From the NCBI GenBank assembly GCA_002421785.1, contig DIRZ01000001.1, forward strand, positions 150,001 to 182,000: 32,000 nt of DNA, in the 5' to 3' direction. This DNA is from Candidatus Saccharimonadota bacterium. Lineage in GTDB: Bacteria > Patescibacteriota > Saccharimonadia > Saccharimonadales > Saccharimonadaceae. The translations under genes were made by a program, and so were the position numbers. The notes beneath the pieces are model-generated. The model had not been told where the DNA came from. It worked only from the letters and a program-made list of their open reading frames with translations, and did no database searches. Below are positions 1-8,391 of the stretch, in pieces; within the stretch, counting starts at the first letter, position 1; the number at the start of each line of letters is the position of its first letter.

Positions 1-52
1 AACCAGGGTAACAGTTATGCTTTAATAAGAATGTAAACGAATCAACAAAAAC

Positions 53-1327
53 ATGGCAAATCGCCCCCGCAGAAATAACCCAAATAGCTCTGGAAATAAC
101 GCACCAGTGCCAACGACTCCCGAACAGGGTCCACTTAGTGAGTACGACACAAAAATACTTGCTGCCCCTACGCCACTTGACCTCGCGCTTCTGCCTGGCA
201 GCGAAACAACATCATTTGCCGCGGAAGCAGCCTACAATGACGTACAGGCATCACTCGACACAACTGTGGATCTGTTGAAACAGCAATACCCCACTCCCGT
301 TGGCGATAAATACGTCAGTCCTGGAGGGCCTGGCATTGACATGCTCAACCTAATGGCGCTCATGGCCCATCGCAGACGTAACGAAAAAGGCAATTACACC
401 CCCGTGCAGGATCCGTCCGCCACGATGGCTCAGAATATTATTTGTGCCTATCCCAACCCCAAGCAGCTAATTGCAGATGTTTCCACGCACGCCAAAGCAA
501 TGCTCGAACGTAGCCGACACCAGGGCGATACATTTGACCCTGCGGGACTGCAAGAAAGCTTCGCGCGCCTCCTCCCTATTGTGTATGGGCCTCGCTACCA
601 AGAATACCGCGACCAGCACCGTGCAGAGCGTCACGCCACCGCAACCGTCGCCGCCGAACAAGCTGCCGTGGCTACACGCGAACAACAGGCACGGGACGAA
701 GAAGAGTCGCTAAAATACACAGGGCGCGAAATTCTTGCCAACTCAAAATCCGCTACCTTAAATCGCACCCAGCTTATCAATCAGTCGCTTATGTCATTAC
801 AGATGCGACAAGCCACCGCGCGCAATGCCCTTTCCACTCCTAAGCATGCGCTGCTTCAGTGGAACAAGAACCGCGCCGAAGCGAAGTACCTTCGCAAGCA
901 AGCCAAGGTGGGCTCCAGCATGTTCAAATTTATCAATAACCACCACGCCCGAGTCGCCACCAAAGCAAAGCGTACACTGGATGCGCGCAGTGGCGTCCTG
1001 AGCGCTCATCAAGCCTTGATAGATGGGCGGACGAGAACCGTGGAGGCGCAAGCAGCCGTTCGTGAGCGCGCCTACAAAGAAAAAATTAAGTTTTATAGCG
1101 AACAGAAGATTGCTGCAGAAGAATCGCGCATACAACGACGCGCCCTAAGACAGCGCGAACTACACGCGCGCAGCCAAGGCATGAACAAACACGAAAGCAA
1201 GCTATATGCCGCCAGGCTTACTCCCGAAGACAAACGACGCATCCGCCTTGTAGCAGTAACAGCCGCAAAACGTAATGCCATCCGGCAGGGCTATAACCCA
1301 GGAACAGACTATGACCGTGATAACTAA
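53..1327 (+). CDS. hypothetical protein; large Arg/Lys-rich predicted helical/coiled-coil protein (large partner, module copy 1)
   Basis: 424-aa ORF with ATG at 53. Low-complexity Pro/Asn-rich N-terminus, then long R/K/A/E/Q-rich stretches. No TM segment or signal peptide seen. Patchy similarity to the ORF at 1657-2973 (RRALRQRELHARSQGMNKHE...LTPEDKRRIRL vs RKSLRRELRSQGASWHE...IPQSERKRIGE). No family recognised. Confidence 0.7.
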   Translation: MANRPRRNNPNSSGNNAPVPTTPEQGPLSEYDTKILAAPTPLDLALLPGSETTSFAAEAAYNDVQASLDTTVDLLKQQYPTPVGDKYVSPGGPGIDMLNLMALMAHRRRNEKGNYTPVQDPSATMAQNIICAYPNPKQLIADVSTHAKAMLERSRHQGDTFDPAGLQESFARLLPIVYGPRYQEYRDQHRAERHATATVAAEQAAVATREQQARDEEESLKYTGREILANSKSATLNRTQLINQSLMSLQMRQATARNALSTPKHALLQWNKNRAEAKYLRKQAKVGSSMFKFINNHHARVATKAKRTLDARSGVLSAHQALIDGRTRTVEAQAAVRERAYKEKIKFYSEQKIAAEESRIQRRALRQRELHARSQGMNKHESKLYAARLTPEDKRRIRLVAVTAAKRNAIRQGYNPGTDYDRDN

Positions 1328-1607
1328 ACAACTCTTAGCCGATATCGGCATTTCGCTCGACGATTCCGCCTACGCGCAGTTTACCGAGCAATACGAAGCC
1401 GAGCTCGATAGCCGTATCGTCAATGAAATCGTCGATGAGCTAGATACCGAACAATTACGCGAACTAACAAGGTTCAAAGACAGCGGCGATGATGCAGAAC
1501 TACAACGATGGCTTGTCGAAAACGTCCCCGACCTCGATAAAATTGTAGAGGAAGAAATGGCAATTCTGCTGGGCGAGATTGCCGAAAACAGTGAATCATT
1601 TACCTAA
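1311..1607 (+). CDS. hypothetical small, highly acidic protein (small partner, module copy 1)
   Basis: Start re-called to ATG 1311 (MTVITKQLL...). An AGGAA SD lies 7 nt upstream, and the N-terminus aligns with the paralog at 2960 (MAILSKQLI...). By my count 26 D/E vs 7 K/R in 98 aa. Overlaps the upstream gene by 17 nt. Confidence 0.8.
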   Translation: MTVITKQLLADIGISLDDSAYAQFTEQYEAELDSRIVNEIVDELDTEQLRELTRFKDSGDDAELQRWLVENVPDLDKIVEEEMAILLGEIAENSESFT

Positions 1608-1656
1608 AGTCAATCCCTGCCCGTGACCCCACAAACACTAACCCAAAGGAGAACCC

Positions 1657-2973
1657 ATGTCAGAACGCGGCCCACGACACATCGTAACACAGGATGATGA
1701 GCCTATTCCGAATCCTGATACCAATCAGGATCAACTCCCTTTTGGTCCGCAGCCAGAAGCCGAACAATCAACTATCGTCGTACAACCACCGGAAGAATAT
1801 GCCGCACCGCCAGAGGCGACCGAACAACTCCTCACTCTAGAACAACAGCAAGATGCCGCTAACCGCTTTAACGACGCAGAACTACTCGGACGATCTTACC
1901 CCGTCAGGCGACTGGTTAAAACCATCGGAAACGAGCGTGTTCATGCGTGGGAATCCGCAAAAGCCGGTGTCGCTAACGCATGGGACACCCCTGGCAAGCT
2001 CATCCGCCAAGGCCTTCATGACCGCGCCAGTCGGAAAGTAGATGAAATAAACGCCAACCACAAAGCAGAACGTGAGGCAGCGCTCCAAGCCGGTGTATCA
2101 AATCGCCTCTTGCAGCATCGCCTGAGCCGCATCGACAAAAAATATAACCGAAAGAAAGCGAAATGGGGCAGCCGCCGCGACCGCCGCAAGCAATCACTGG
2201 ATACTCGTGTCAATCGAATGAACGCACGCACCGAATCGGTCAAGAGTAATCACGAAAAGCGACGCGCGGAAACCATCGCATTCTATAAGGCAAAGAAGGA
2301 AAAGGCACTTGCACGTAAATCCCTACGACGCGAACTGCGCTCTCAGGGAGCTTCATGGCATGAAACATTTGCCGTCATGAAAGACATCCCCCAGTCTGAG
2401 CGTAAGCGCATTGGCGAAGCGGCCCTTCGTGTCCATGCAAGTGAGCGGTCAGCTAGAAGCTCGGAGCGTTCAGCTAAGCAATCCGATCGTTATGCAAGCA
2501 GCGCCGAGAACTCGCTCCTAGCTAACTTCGCAAAGTCCGAGCGGCTCGCAAATCAAGCGAAAGAGGCCGATCAGACGATCGATGCAATAACAAGCGTTCA
2601 CCTACCTGAGGCGCGCGCTAGCCTTGACGCACTCCAAGAACAACTCGGTCAACTCCCTGAAGACAGCCCCGAGCGCAGTGATCTTCAGGTTAAAATACAA
2701 GAAACTGAAGACAAGATTAAGGTTTATGAAGAGCGCGAGCTCCCCTACTGGCACAGTGTTGCCAAAAAGTATCGCGAGCAAGTCAACACACTGCTCAGCG
2801 AACGTGCTAGCCTGCAGCAAATCTATCAGGGTCACCAAGAAACGGCTGCCCGTCACTCAGAGACCGCAGCGAACCAGCGCAGAGCTACTCAGGACTACGT
2901 CAATCAACGCAGAACCGAAACCAATACAGTACTAAACTCAGAAAAGGAACCAAGCACTCATGGCAATTCTTAG
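1657..2973 (+). CDS. hypothetical protein; large Arg/Lys-rich predicted coiled-coil protein (large partner, module copy 2)
   Basis: 438-aa ORF with AAAGGAGAA SD 5 nt before the ATG. Acidic/Pro/Gln-rich N-terminus, a very basic central region (KKYNRKKAKWGSRRDRRKQ...) and a heptad-like Q/E/R-rich C-terminus. Diverged paralog of 53-1327. Confidence 0.75.
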   Translation: MSERGPRHIVTQDDEPIPNPDTNQDQLPFGPQPEAEQSTIVVQPPEEYAAPPEATEQLLTLEQQQDAANRFNDAELLGRSYPVRRLVKTIGNERVHAWESAKAGVANAWDTPGKLIRQGLHDRASRKVDEINANHKAEREAALQAGVSNRLLQHRLSRIDKKYNRKKAKWGSRRDRRKQSLDTRVNRMNARTESVKSNHEKRRAETIAFYKAKKEKALARKSLRRELRSQGASWHETFAVMKDIPQSERKRIGEAALRVHASERSARSSERSAKQSDRYASSAENSLLANFAKSERLANQAKEADQTIDAITSVHLPEARASLDALQEQLGQLPEDSPERSDLQVKIQETEDKIKVYEERELPYWHSVAKKYREQVNTLLSERASLQQIYQGHQETAARHSETAANQRRATQDYVNQRRTETNTVLNSEKEPSTHGNS

Positions 2974-3250
2974 CAAACAACTTATCCAAGACCTCGGTAT
3001 TGAACTTAGCGAACAAGATTATGCATCACTTAGCGAGCACTTCGAAACCACTCTTCAGGAACGCGTCATCAACGAAATCACCATGGAACTGAGCCCAGAG
3101 CAAGCCCAAGAACTCGCAACCATGCAAAGCGCCAGCGATGAAGACTTGCTAGCATGGCTGCAAGCAAACGTTCCCGACCTTGCTGAAATCGTGTCCGATG
3201 AAGTCGACATTCTGCTCGGCGAGCTCGCAGAAAATAGCGAAGCAATTTAG
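2960..3250 (+). CDS. hypothetical small, highly acidic protein (small partner, module copy 2)
   Basis: 96 aa with AAAGGAA SD upstream. About half of its residues are identical to the 1311-1607 product over the full length (NVPDLAEIVSDEVDILLGELAENSE vs NVPDLDKIVEEEMAILLGEIAENSE). 22 D/E vs 2 K/R. Overlaps the upstream gene by 14 nt. Confidence 0.85.
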   Translation: MAILSKQLIQDLGIELSEQDYASLSEHFETTLQERVINEITMELSPEQAQELATMQSASDEDLLAWLQANVPDLAEIVSDEVDILLGELAENSEAI

Positions 3251-3264
3251 CGCCCACTCAACGT

Positions 3265-3293
3265 AAAAACCCGCTCATATGAGCGGGTTTTTT
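3265..3293. terminator. bidirectional rho-independent terminator
   Basis: Perfect palindrome AAAAACCCGCTCAT/ATGAGCGGGTTTTT(T), with A-run and T-run flanks. It lies between convergent genes ending at 3250 (+) and 3295 (-). Confidence 0.8.
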
Positions 3294-3294
3294 G

Positions 3295-3798
3295 CTACCA
3301 TCCACCGCGCCAACGGATGCGCTTCCATAACAATCCATCAAGTAATAGGTGGCTTAGGTACCCTACGACCGCCGCACCATAGTAAACGAGGCTAATCGGC
3401 AACATTTTTTCATCATACAAATACGGCACAAGTACAATCGGTAGCGGCACCAAAAATGCCGCCCATTTTGCATGAGTCCAGCCACGGTGGTGCGTCACGA
3501 TAGGCAGCATGGCAATCAACCCCAAGTATGCGGCAGCTTGCAGTTGACCACTCCAAATCAGCAGTACATCAAGCGGAAATACCGTCCAGAAGAATATGTC
3601 TTGCGCTTTACTATTTGTATCAACGTCGGGAAACAACGCGAAGAGCATGGCTATCACGAATACCGCTGCGAGCGGCTGCCAATCGCTAAGCAATGCTGCA
3701 TATTCCGCAAATTGCTCCACGGGGACAAACAGCATCAGCGCCGTATACCCCACCGCGCTGGCGAAGCCTCCGATTAAGTGCCCACGGTAGTTCGACAT
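3295..3798 (-). CDS. membrane-bound metal-dependent hydrolase, YdjM/DUF457-like
   Basis: 167 aa with multiple hydrophobic helices. Family-typical motifs: N-terminal RGHLIGG, HHRGWTH and C-terminal SHLLLDG. Confidence 0.65.
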   Translation of the reverse strand: MSNYRGHLIGGFASAVGYTALMLFVPVEQFAEYAALLSDWQPLAAVFVIAMLFALFPDVDTNSKAQDIFFWTVFPLDVLLIWSGQLQAAAYLGLIAMLPIVTHHRGWTHAKWAAFLVPLPIVLVPYLYDEKMLPISLVYYGAAVVGYLSHLLLDGLLWKRIRWRGGW

Positions 3799-3800
3799 GC

Positions 3801-5309
3801 TTATAGCTTCGCGTCTGGGTAGAGCGCCTTAGTCGTTTCGTCTATCTCATGACGCAACTGCGGAAATGGCACGCCTTCACGGGCAGTCACACCTTCAAAC
3901 ATCCAGAACACTCGCTCACTATGACCCCAGCCACAAGCAGGCGGCATGCCGTATTCCAGCATCTCCACAAAGTCGATGTCCAGCATCATAGCCTCATCAT
4001 CACCGCCATCACGCATGTTTTGCTGCTCCACAAAGCGGTCGTACTGGTCGATAGGGTCATTTAGCTCACTAAAGCCGTTGCCGAGCTCGCTGCCTAAAAT
4101 AATGGGCTGGAATCGCTGCGTGGTATGCGGATTGTCGACACTACTTTTGGCAAGCGGACTCACGAACTTTGGCGTGTTGATCAACCACACGGGGCCGACA
4201 ACGTCTTTACGGATATTCTTCCATAGCTTGTCGATACCACGTGGAACGCTATCAGTCTTCTCGACCTCCAGCTTGTGCTCTTTCAGCTTCGCGCTGACTT
4301 CTTCGATATTCGTGTTATAGACGTCGATGCCGTAGTGGTCTTTAATCACCGTGGCATAGTCCCAGACTTCCCACTGCTTACTCATATCTACTTCGAAGCC
4401 CCGCACGCTAAACTGGAGTGTTCCAAACGTTTCCTGCAGCACGTACGTGTACATTTCTTCCATGAATTTCATGCCATCCTGCCAATCGGCATAGGCCCAG
4501 TACCATTCCATAGCGACATGCTCCGGCAGGTGCTCGTCACTGTAGTTTTCGTTACGGAAACGAGGGCCGAGATCGTACACTTTTTCGAACCCAGCACCAA
4601 GCAAGCGCTTAAGCGGCAGCTCATGACTAATACGCAAGTAAAAGTCCTGATCGAGTGCATCCATATGAGTCACGAATGGATTTGCGTCTGCCCCACCGGT
4701 CGTGTGCTCGAGTACGGGAATATTAATTTCGTAGAACCCGTGATCATCTAGGAACTTGCGCGTGGCCTGCCAGAATTTGCTACGACGCACAAATCGCTCG
4801 CGAACGTCACGGTTGACGTTCATATCCACATAGCGGCGGCGGAAGCGCTCCTCTTTGCTGGTAAATCCTTCCTGGTCGGTTGGCATCGGTCGCAGGCTCT
4901 TGGTGAGTAGCCGCAACTCACGGACGTCCACACTTACCTCACCCGTTTTGGTGCGGATGACAGGTCCCGTCGCTTCCACAAAATCACCGGGGTCGAGCAG
5001 GTTGAGCTGCTCCATTCCAAGCCGCGATGTGGCAGCATCGAGTGACTCCACGGTGTCACTCTTCAAAAACAGCTGCACCTGCCCACTCATGTCACGCAGC
5101 ACGAGAAATGCGAGCTTCCCAAACTTTCGCGTACCCGTAAGGCGGCCAACAACCGTCACCGTCTGCCCCTCGAGCTCATCAAACTTCGACGTAATGTCCG
5201 CAATAGTATGCGTCCGTTTCGCCTCGGCGGGGTATGGGTTCACGCCCAAGCTTTTCAGCTCGTTAAGTTTTCGTATCCGTTCGTCGCGCAGTTCCTTGAG
5301 TGATGCCAT
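3801..5309 (-). CDS. lysS: lysine--tRNA ligase (class II)
   Basis: 502 aa. Has the N-terminal OB-fold anticodon-binding region and a class II core typical of LysS (RFRNE..., EHTTGGA, GWGHSERV-type C-terminal motif). Full-length similarity to bacterial LysS. Confidence 0.95.
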   Translation of the reverse strand: MASLKELRDERIRKLNELKSLGVNPYPAEAKRTHTIADITSKFDELEGQTVTVVGRLTGTRKFGKLAFLVLRDMSGQVQLFLKSDTVESLDAATSRLGMEQLNLLDPGDFVEATGPVIRTKTGEVSVDVRELRLLTKSLRPMPTDQEGFTSKEERFRRRYVDMNVNRDVRERFVRRSKFWQATRKFLDDHGFYEINIPVLEHTTGGADANPFVTHMDALDQDFYLRISHELPLKRLLGAGFEKVYDLGPRFRNENYSDEHLPEHVAMEWYWAYADWQDGMKFMEEMYTYVLQETFGTLQFSVRGFEVDMSKQWEVWDYATVIKDHYGIDVYNTNIEEVSAKLKEHKLEVEKTDSVPRGIDKLWKNIRKDVVGPVWLINTPKFVSPLAKSSVDNPHTTQRFQPIILGSELGNGFSELNDPIDQYDRFVEQQNMRDGGDDEAMMLDIDFVEMLEYGMPPACGWGHSERVFWMFEGVTAREGVPFPQLRHEIDETTKALYPDAKL

Positions 5310-5346
5310 ATTCTCTATAGTATATCAAACACTAAAGGAATATTCT

Positions 5347-7662
5347 CTACATGTAGCCGGTTCGGCTCGTCGAGAACGCAGCCTGACGACCCATTTCAAG
5401 CGCTAGTTTCTGTAATGCAGTCTTTGGCCCTTCGATGTATGGACTATGGAGCGGATTCGCACCATGGTCATTTCGAAATCCAAAGCGTTCTTTTATTTGC
5501 TTATCGCTAAAGTAGCCATCAGCCACTTTGTACTTCACGAGCGCCTGCTCACCCATAATCTCAATCTGTGGTGGAAGCCCTGCACCAACATGAAGCATCA
5601 CGATACTGTTGGCCGATCGAAGATTGCGTTCGTATTCGAAACCAGTCATGCCGTTTAGCGATCCTGCGCCAACATAGAGCTTATTTCCCCCAAGCATATA
5701 ATTCGCGTGGTGGTAATGGCCAAATAAACCTACGTCGACACCTTCGCGGAGTTCGCCAAGCCCTACCGATTGACGGTGTCCCGCAAAGGCTGGCGGTTGT
5801 CCGCCCGTGCCCTTCCCGGCTCCGAAGAAGTGACGAAGCTCAAAGCCCATCTCACCTACCTTAAATACAGTGGAGTAGGTCTTGACGGGCTCACCACGTG
5901 GCGTCACGATGGTGTCCTGGAACTGAACTCGAGCTCGCGCATCATCAAGCGAATATCCGCGTGCCATAAATGCTGCCTTATACGGATCGATAAACGGATC
6001 AGCAAACGAATATCCGTTTACCTTCATCGTACCGCTGTTCCATTCATGGTTACCGATCGTGACCTTTACAAAGAGGTTGTCGAGTTCTGCTTTCGTCATT
6101 TGCTCAAGTGAACGCTCAATCATATCTTTGACATACTCGATCTGCTGGTCCATTGCGCCAAGTCCCGTACGACCACTTTCGCGGTTAAAGTCGAAGTAAT
6201 TTCGTCCTTCGACCATGTCCCCACCAAGCGCAAGGTACACGGGGGCACGACCAAGGCGTCGCTTCACCAAATCAAGCTGCTTCAGCTGATAGTCTGGTCG
6301 AGAAGCCAAGTTCCCAGCTTGCCAATCACACTGCAACATCACCGTTGTGCGCTCTGGTATACTTTCAGATACTTCCCAGAGGTGCTTATTAAACAGAGTG
6401 ACGACCTGAGTACCATCATTCCTGCGTTCAATCGCCGTTGCGCTTGGGTCGTGGAATCGCCCGCGTCCAAAGATTGGGCGCGCCACAGTATTAGCGGTAG
6501 ATGTAAGAATATCACCATCTTCAAGTAGGGCTTTATTGGGGTTCTGCAGTCCACCAATGGAGTGAATAGCCTTATTGTCCGGTCGCAAAACGCCGCCTGC
6601 TTCTTGTTGGCCAGTTATGATGATATTGTCATAACGATCAACGCCTTCTGCGGCAAGCGTTCCGCGAACTTGCGCGGGCGTCCTAAAGTAATTAGCAAGC
6701 TGCGCATTGGAAGTCTGCATTTTATGACGGACGAGATCTGTATATTCATTTTCGCCACGCGTCGTCACGACATGTTCAAAGTCGCCAACGATAGTCAGTC
6801 CATTGCCATCTTTCAAAGCCGTGCGGTCAAGCACCTGTAAGTGCTTTGGCAGTAGTCGCTGGCCCTGAGATGCGCGCCGGTAGGCGTCAAAGAGTATCTC
6901 ACGTTCAGGCTCATTGTATTCCCCATCGGTCGCTGCAGCAATCGCATCCGCATCGCGCAATTCATGTCCGGTTCGTACGCAGTACGGAAATGCAACGTAT
7001 TTAGTAAAACGATAATACTCTGGCCAGTTGGGGTGCGCCTTTGCCTTTTCAAGACCCGAAAGCTGTCGCTTCATATCGATATCTTCAGACTCTTTCGCGT
7101 GCTTCCGCGCAAGTACGTCCATCTGATGAAATGCATCGTATGTCATCTCTTCGATAATGTCGGTGTCGTTATCGCTTCGCGCGTAAACGACCGGGATACC
7201 AAGATTACGTAGTTGATCGAGTTTCTCTTTTCCCGCTCTGAACTGATCCTCGAGTGTCCGAAGCCCAGGCTTCAGCATCCATTTCGAGTTCTTCTTGCGT
7301 CCACCAAAGTCCCCCATATACAGCCCACTCATGACAATTTCATCAGGCTTCATATCTTGAGGAAGGGCACCGACACGTTCAACAACCTGGTTAAAGAAAG
7401 TGTGGTCGCTATACTTACTCCCGACAAGTAGCTCTGAGAGATAAAGAGTATTCTGCGAATTCGCATTTCCTCGTCGCCGCTCGACCGTACGCATGCCGTC
7501 AACGTTCGCATCATCATCCATTATTTCGTCATAGGTCTTGCCAGTAAAATCTACCTTATCGGTCAGGTAGCCAAATGCTTTAACAGCTCTTGGATCAAGT
7601 CCGCCCTTATCCATTGAATCATCTTCTTGTGTTTGCGCTTTGCGTGACAGACCTTCGGCCAT
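5347..7662 (-). CDS. large metallophosphoesterase-domain protein (C-terminal calcineurin-like phosphoesterase; N-terminal ~450 aa uncharacterised)
   Basis: The ORF-track start at 7713 is TTG. ATG at 7662 (MAEGLS...) is preceded by AGGGGA. MPE motifs lie in the C-terminal third: GGDMVEGRN (about 6199-6225), GNHEWN (6037-6054) and GHYHH (5707-5721). The exact start is uncertain. Confidence 0.75.
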   Translation of the reverse strand: MAEGLSRKAQTQEDDSMDKGGLDPRAVKAFGYLTDKVDFTGKTYDEIMDDDANVDGMRTVERRRGNANSQNTLYLSELLVGSKYSDHTFFNQVVERVGALPQDMKPDEIVMSGLYMGDFGGRKKNSKWMLKPGLRTLEDQFRAGKEKLDQLRNLGIPVVYARSDNDTDIIEEMTYDAFHQMDVLARKHAKESEDIDMKRQLSGLEKAKAHPNWPEYYRFTKYVAFPYCVRTGHELRDADAIAAATDGEYNEPEREILFDAYRRASQGQRLLPKHLQVLDRTALKDGNGLTIVGDFEHVVTTRGENEYTDLVRHKMQTSNAQLANYFRTPAQVRGTLAAEGVDRYDNIIITGQQEAGGVLRPDNKAIHSIGGLQNPNKALLEDGDILTSTANTVARPIFGRGRFHDPSATAIERRNDGTQVVTLFNKHLWEVSESIPERTTVMLQCDWQAGNLASRPDYQLKQLDLVKRRLGRAPVYLALGGDMVEGRNYFDFNRESGRTGLGAMDQQIEYVKDMIERSLEQMTKAELDNLFVKVTIGNHEWNSGTMKVNGYSFADPFIDPYKAAFMARGYSLDDARARVQFQDTIVTPRGEPVKTYSTVFKVGEMGFELRHFFGAGKGTGGQPPAFAGHRQSVGLGELREGVDVGLFGHYHHANYMLGGNKLYVGAGSLNGMTGFEYERNLRSANSIVMLHVGAGLPPQIEIMGEQALVKYKVADGYFSDKQIKERFGFRNDHGANPLHSPYIEGPKTALQKLALEMGRQAAFSTSRTGYM

Positions 7663-7799
7663 TGCATCCCCTATAGTTAAAAGACATGTCATGCTACCAC
7701 CCGACACATCCAATGTTATTACTGTTCAGTGCACCTCCAGCACTTCTTCAGTTCTTATAGTACCATTCCGCCATGCCGATACCTAGCGTGTCGCTTATG

Positions 7800-7837
7800 T
7801 AAAATAAACAATACCCCACTAGATATGGGGTATTGTT
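7800..7837 (-). terminator. rho-independent terminator downstream of greA
   Basis: 12-bp perfect stem AACAATACCCCA/TGGGGTATTGTT (7807-7837) with a 7-nt loop, followed on the minus strand by TATTTT. Confidence 0.75.
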
Positions 7838-7852
7838 TCTAAAAAACGCGAA

Positions 7853-8308
7853 TTAAGCGATTGATACGACAGTGTAAGTAGTGTCGCCTTTTGGCGTGGT
7901 AATTGTGGCCTTGTCGCCAACAACTTTCCCAAGCAGCGCAACACCAATAGGTGATTCGTTGCTGATTTTGCCACTCAATGGGTCTGCTTCAACTGGACCG
8001 ACCAGGATGTAGCTAAATTTCTTCGCACCGCTTTTTAGTTCGACAGTGCTACCCAGCTGAACTTTACTCGATTTACGAGCTTTAATCTCTTCAGCGTTCA
8101 TCAAAATATCTTCAATTTCAGCAACACGCGTCTCGACAAGTCCTTGCTCTTCACGAGCGCTGTCGTATTCTGCATTCTCGCTCAGGTCACCATAGTCACG
8201 GGCCTCTGCGATTTTAGCAGCAATATCACCCCGTCGGCTTTTTAGTTCGGCGAGTTCGGCTTCAAGTTCTTTGCGACCTGATTCTGTGATTTGATATGCT
8301 TTTTTCAT
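7853..8308 (-). CDS. greA: transcription elongation factor GreA
   Basis: 151 aa. Contains the coiled-coil N-terminus with the conserved DLSENAEYD motif and the C-terminal globular domain. AAGAGG SD upstream. Confidence 0.95.
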   Translation of the reverse strand: MKKAYQITESGRKELEAELAELKSRRGDIAAKIAEARDYGDLSENAEYDSAREEQGLVETRVAEIEDILMNAEEIKARKSSKVQLGSTVELKSGAKKFSYILVGPVEADPLSGKISNESPIGVALLGKVVGDKATITTPKGDTTYTVVSIA

Positions 8309-8391
8309 AATTTTACCTCTTAGTACTATACAGCCCGATTGAAGGACCTAATCTGTTTGATTAGCGTTGATCCCTCCAAGACGTCTGTAAG

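Noticed and set aside
2440-2485. Short tandem repeat encoding SERSARS-SERSAKQ within the 438-aa ORF
   Set aside because: There are only two imperfect 21-nt copies inside a low-complexity coding region. This is ordinary compositional repetition, not a repeat element.
4855-5406. Long antisense/shadow ORFs in the six-frame track (for example 4855-5406 +, 4275-4751 +, 16613-17152 -, 20848-21381 +, 27384-27917 +, 26457-26927 +, 9223-9624 +, 10751-11086 -)
   Set aside because: Each lies entirely opposite a confidently identified conserved gene. Their composition is low-complexity Ser/Arg/Leu-rich, they lack SDs, and they match no recognisable family.
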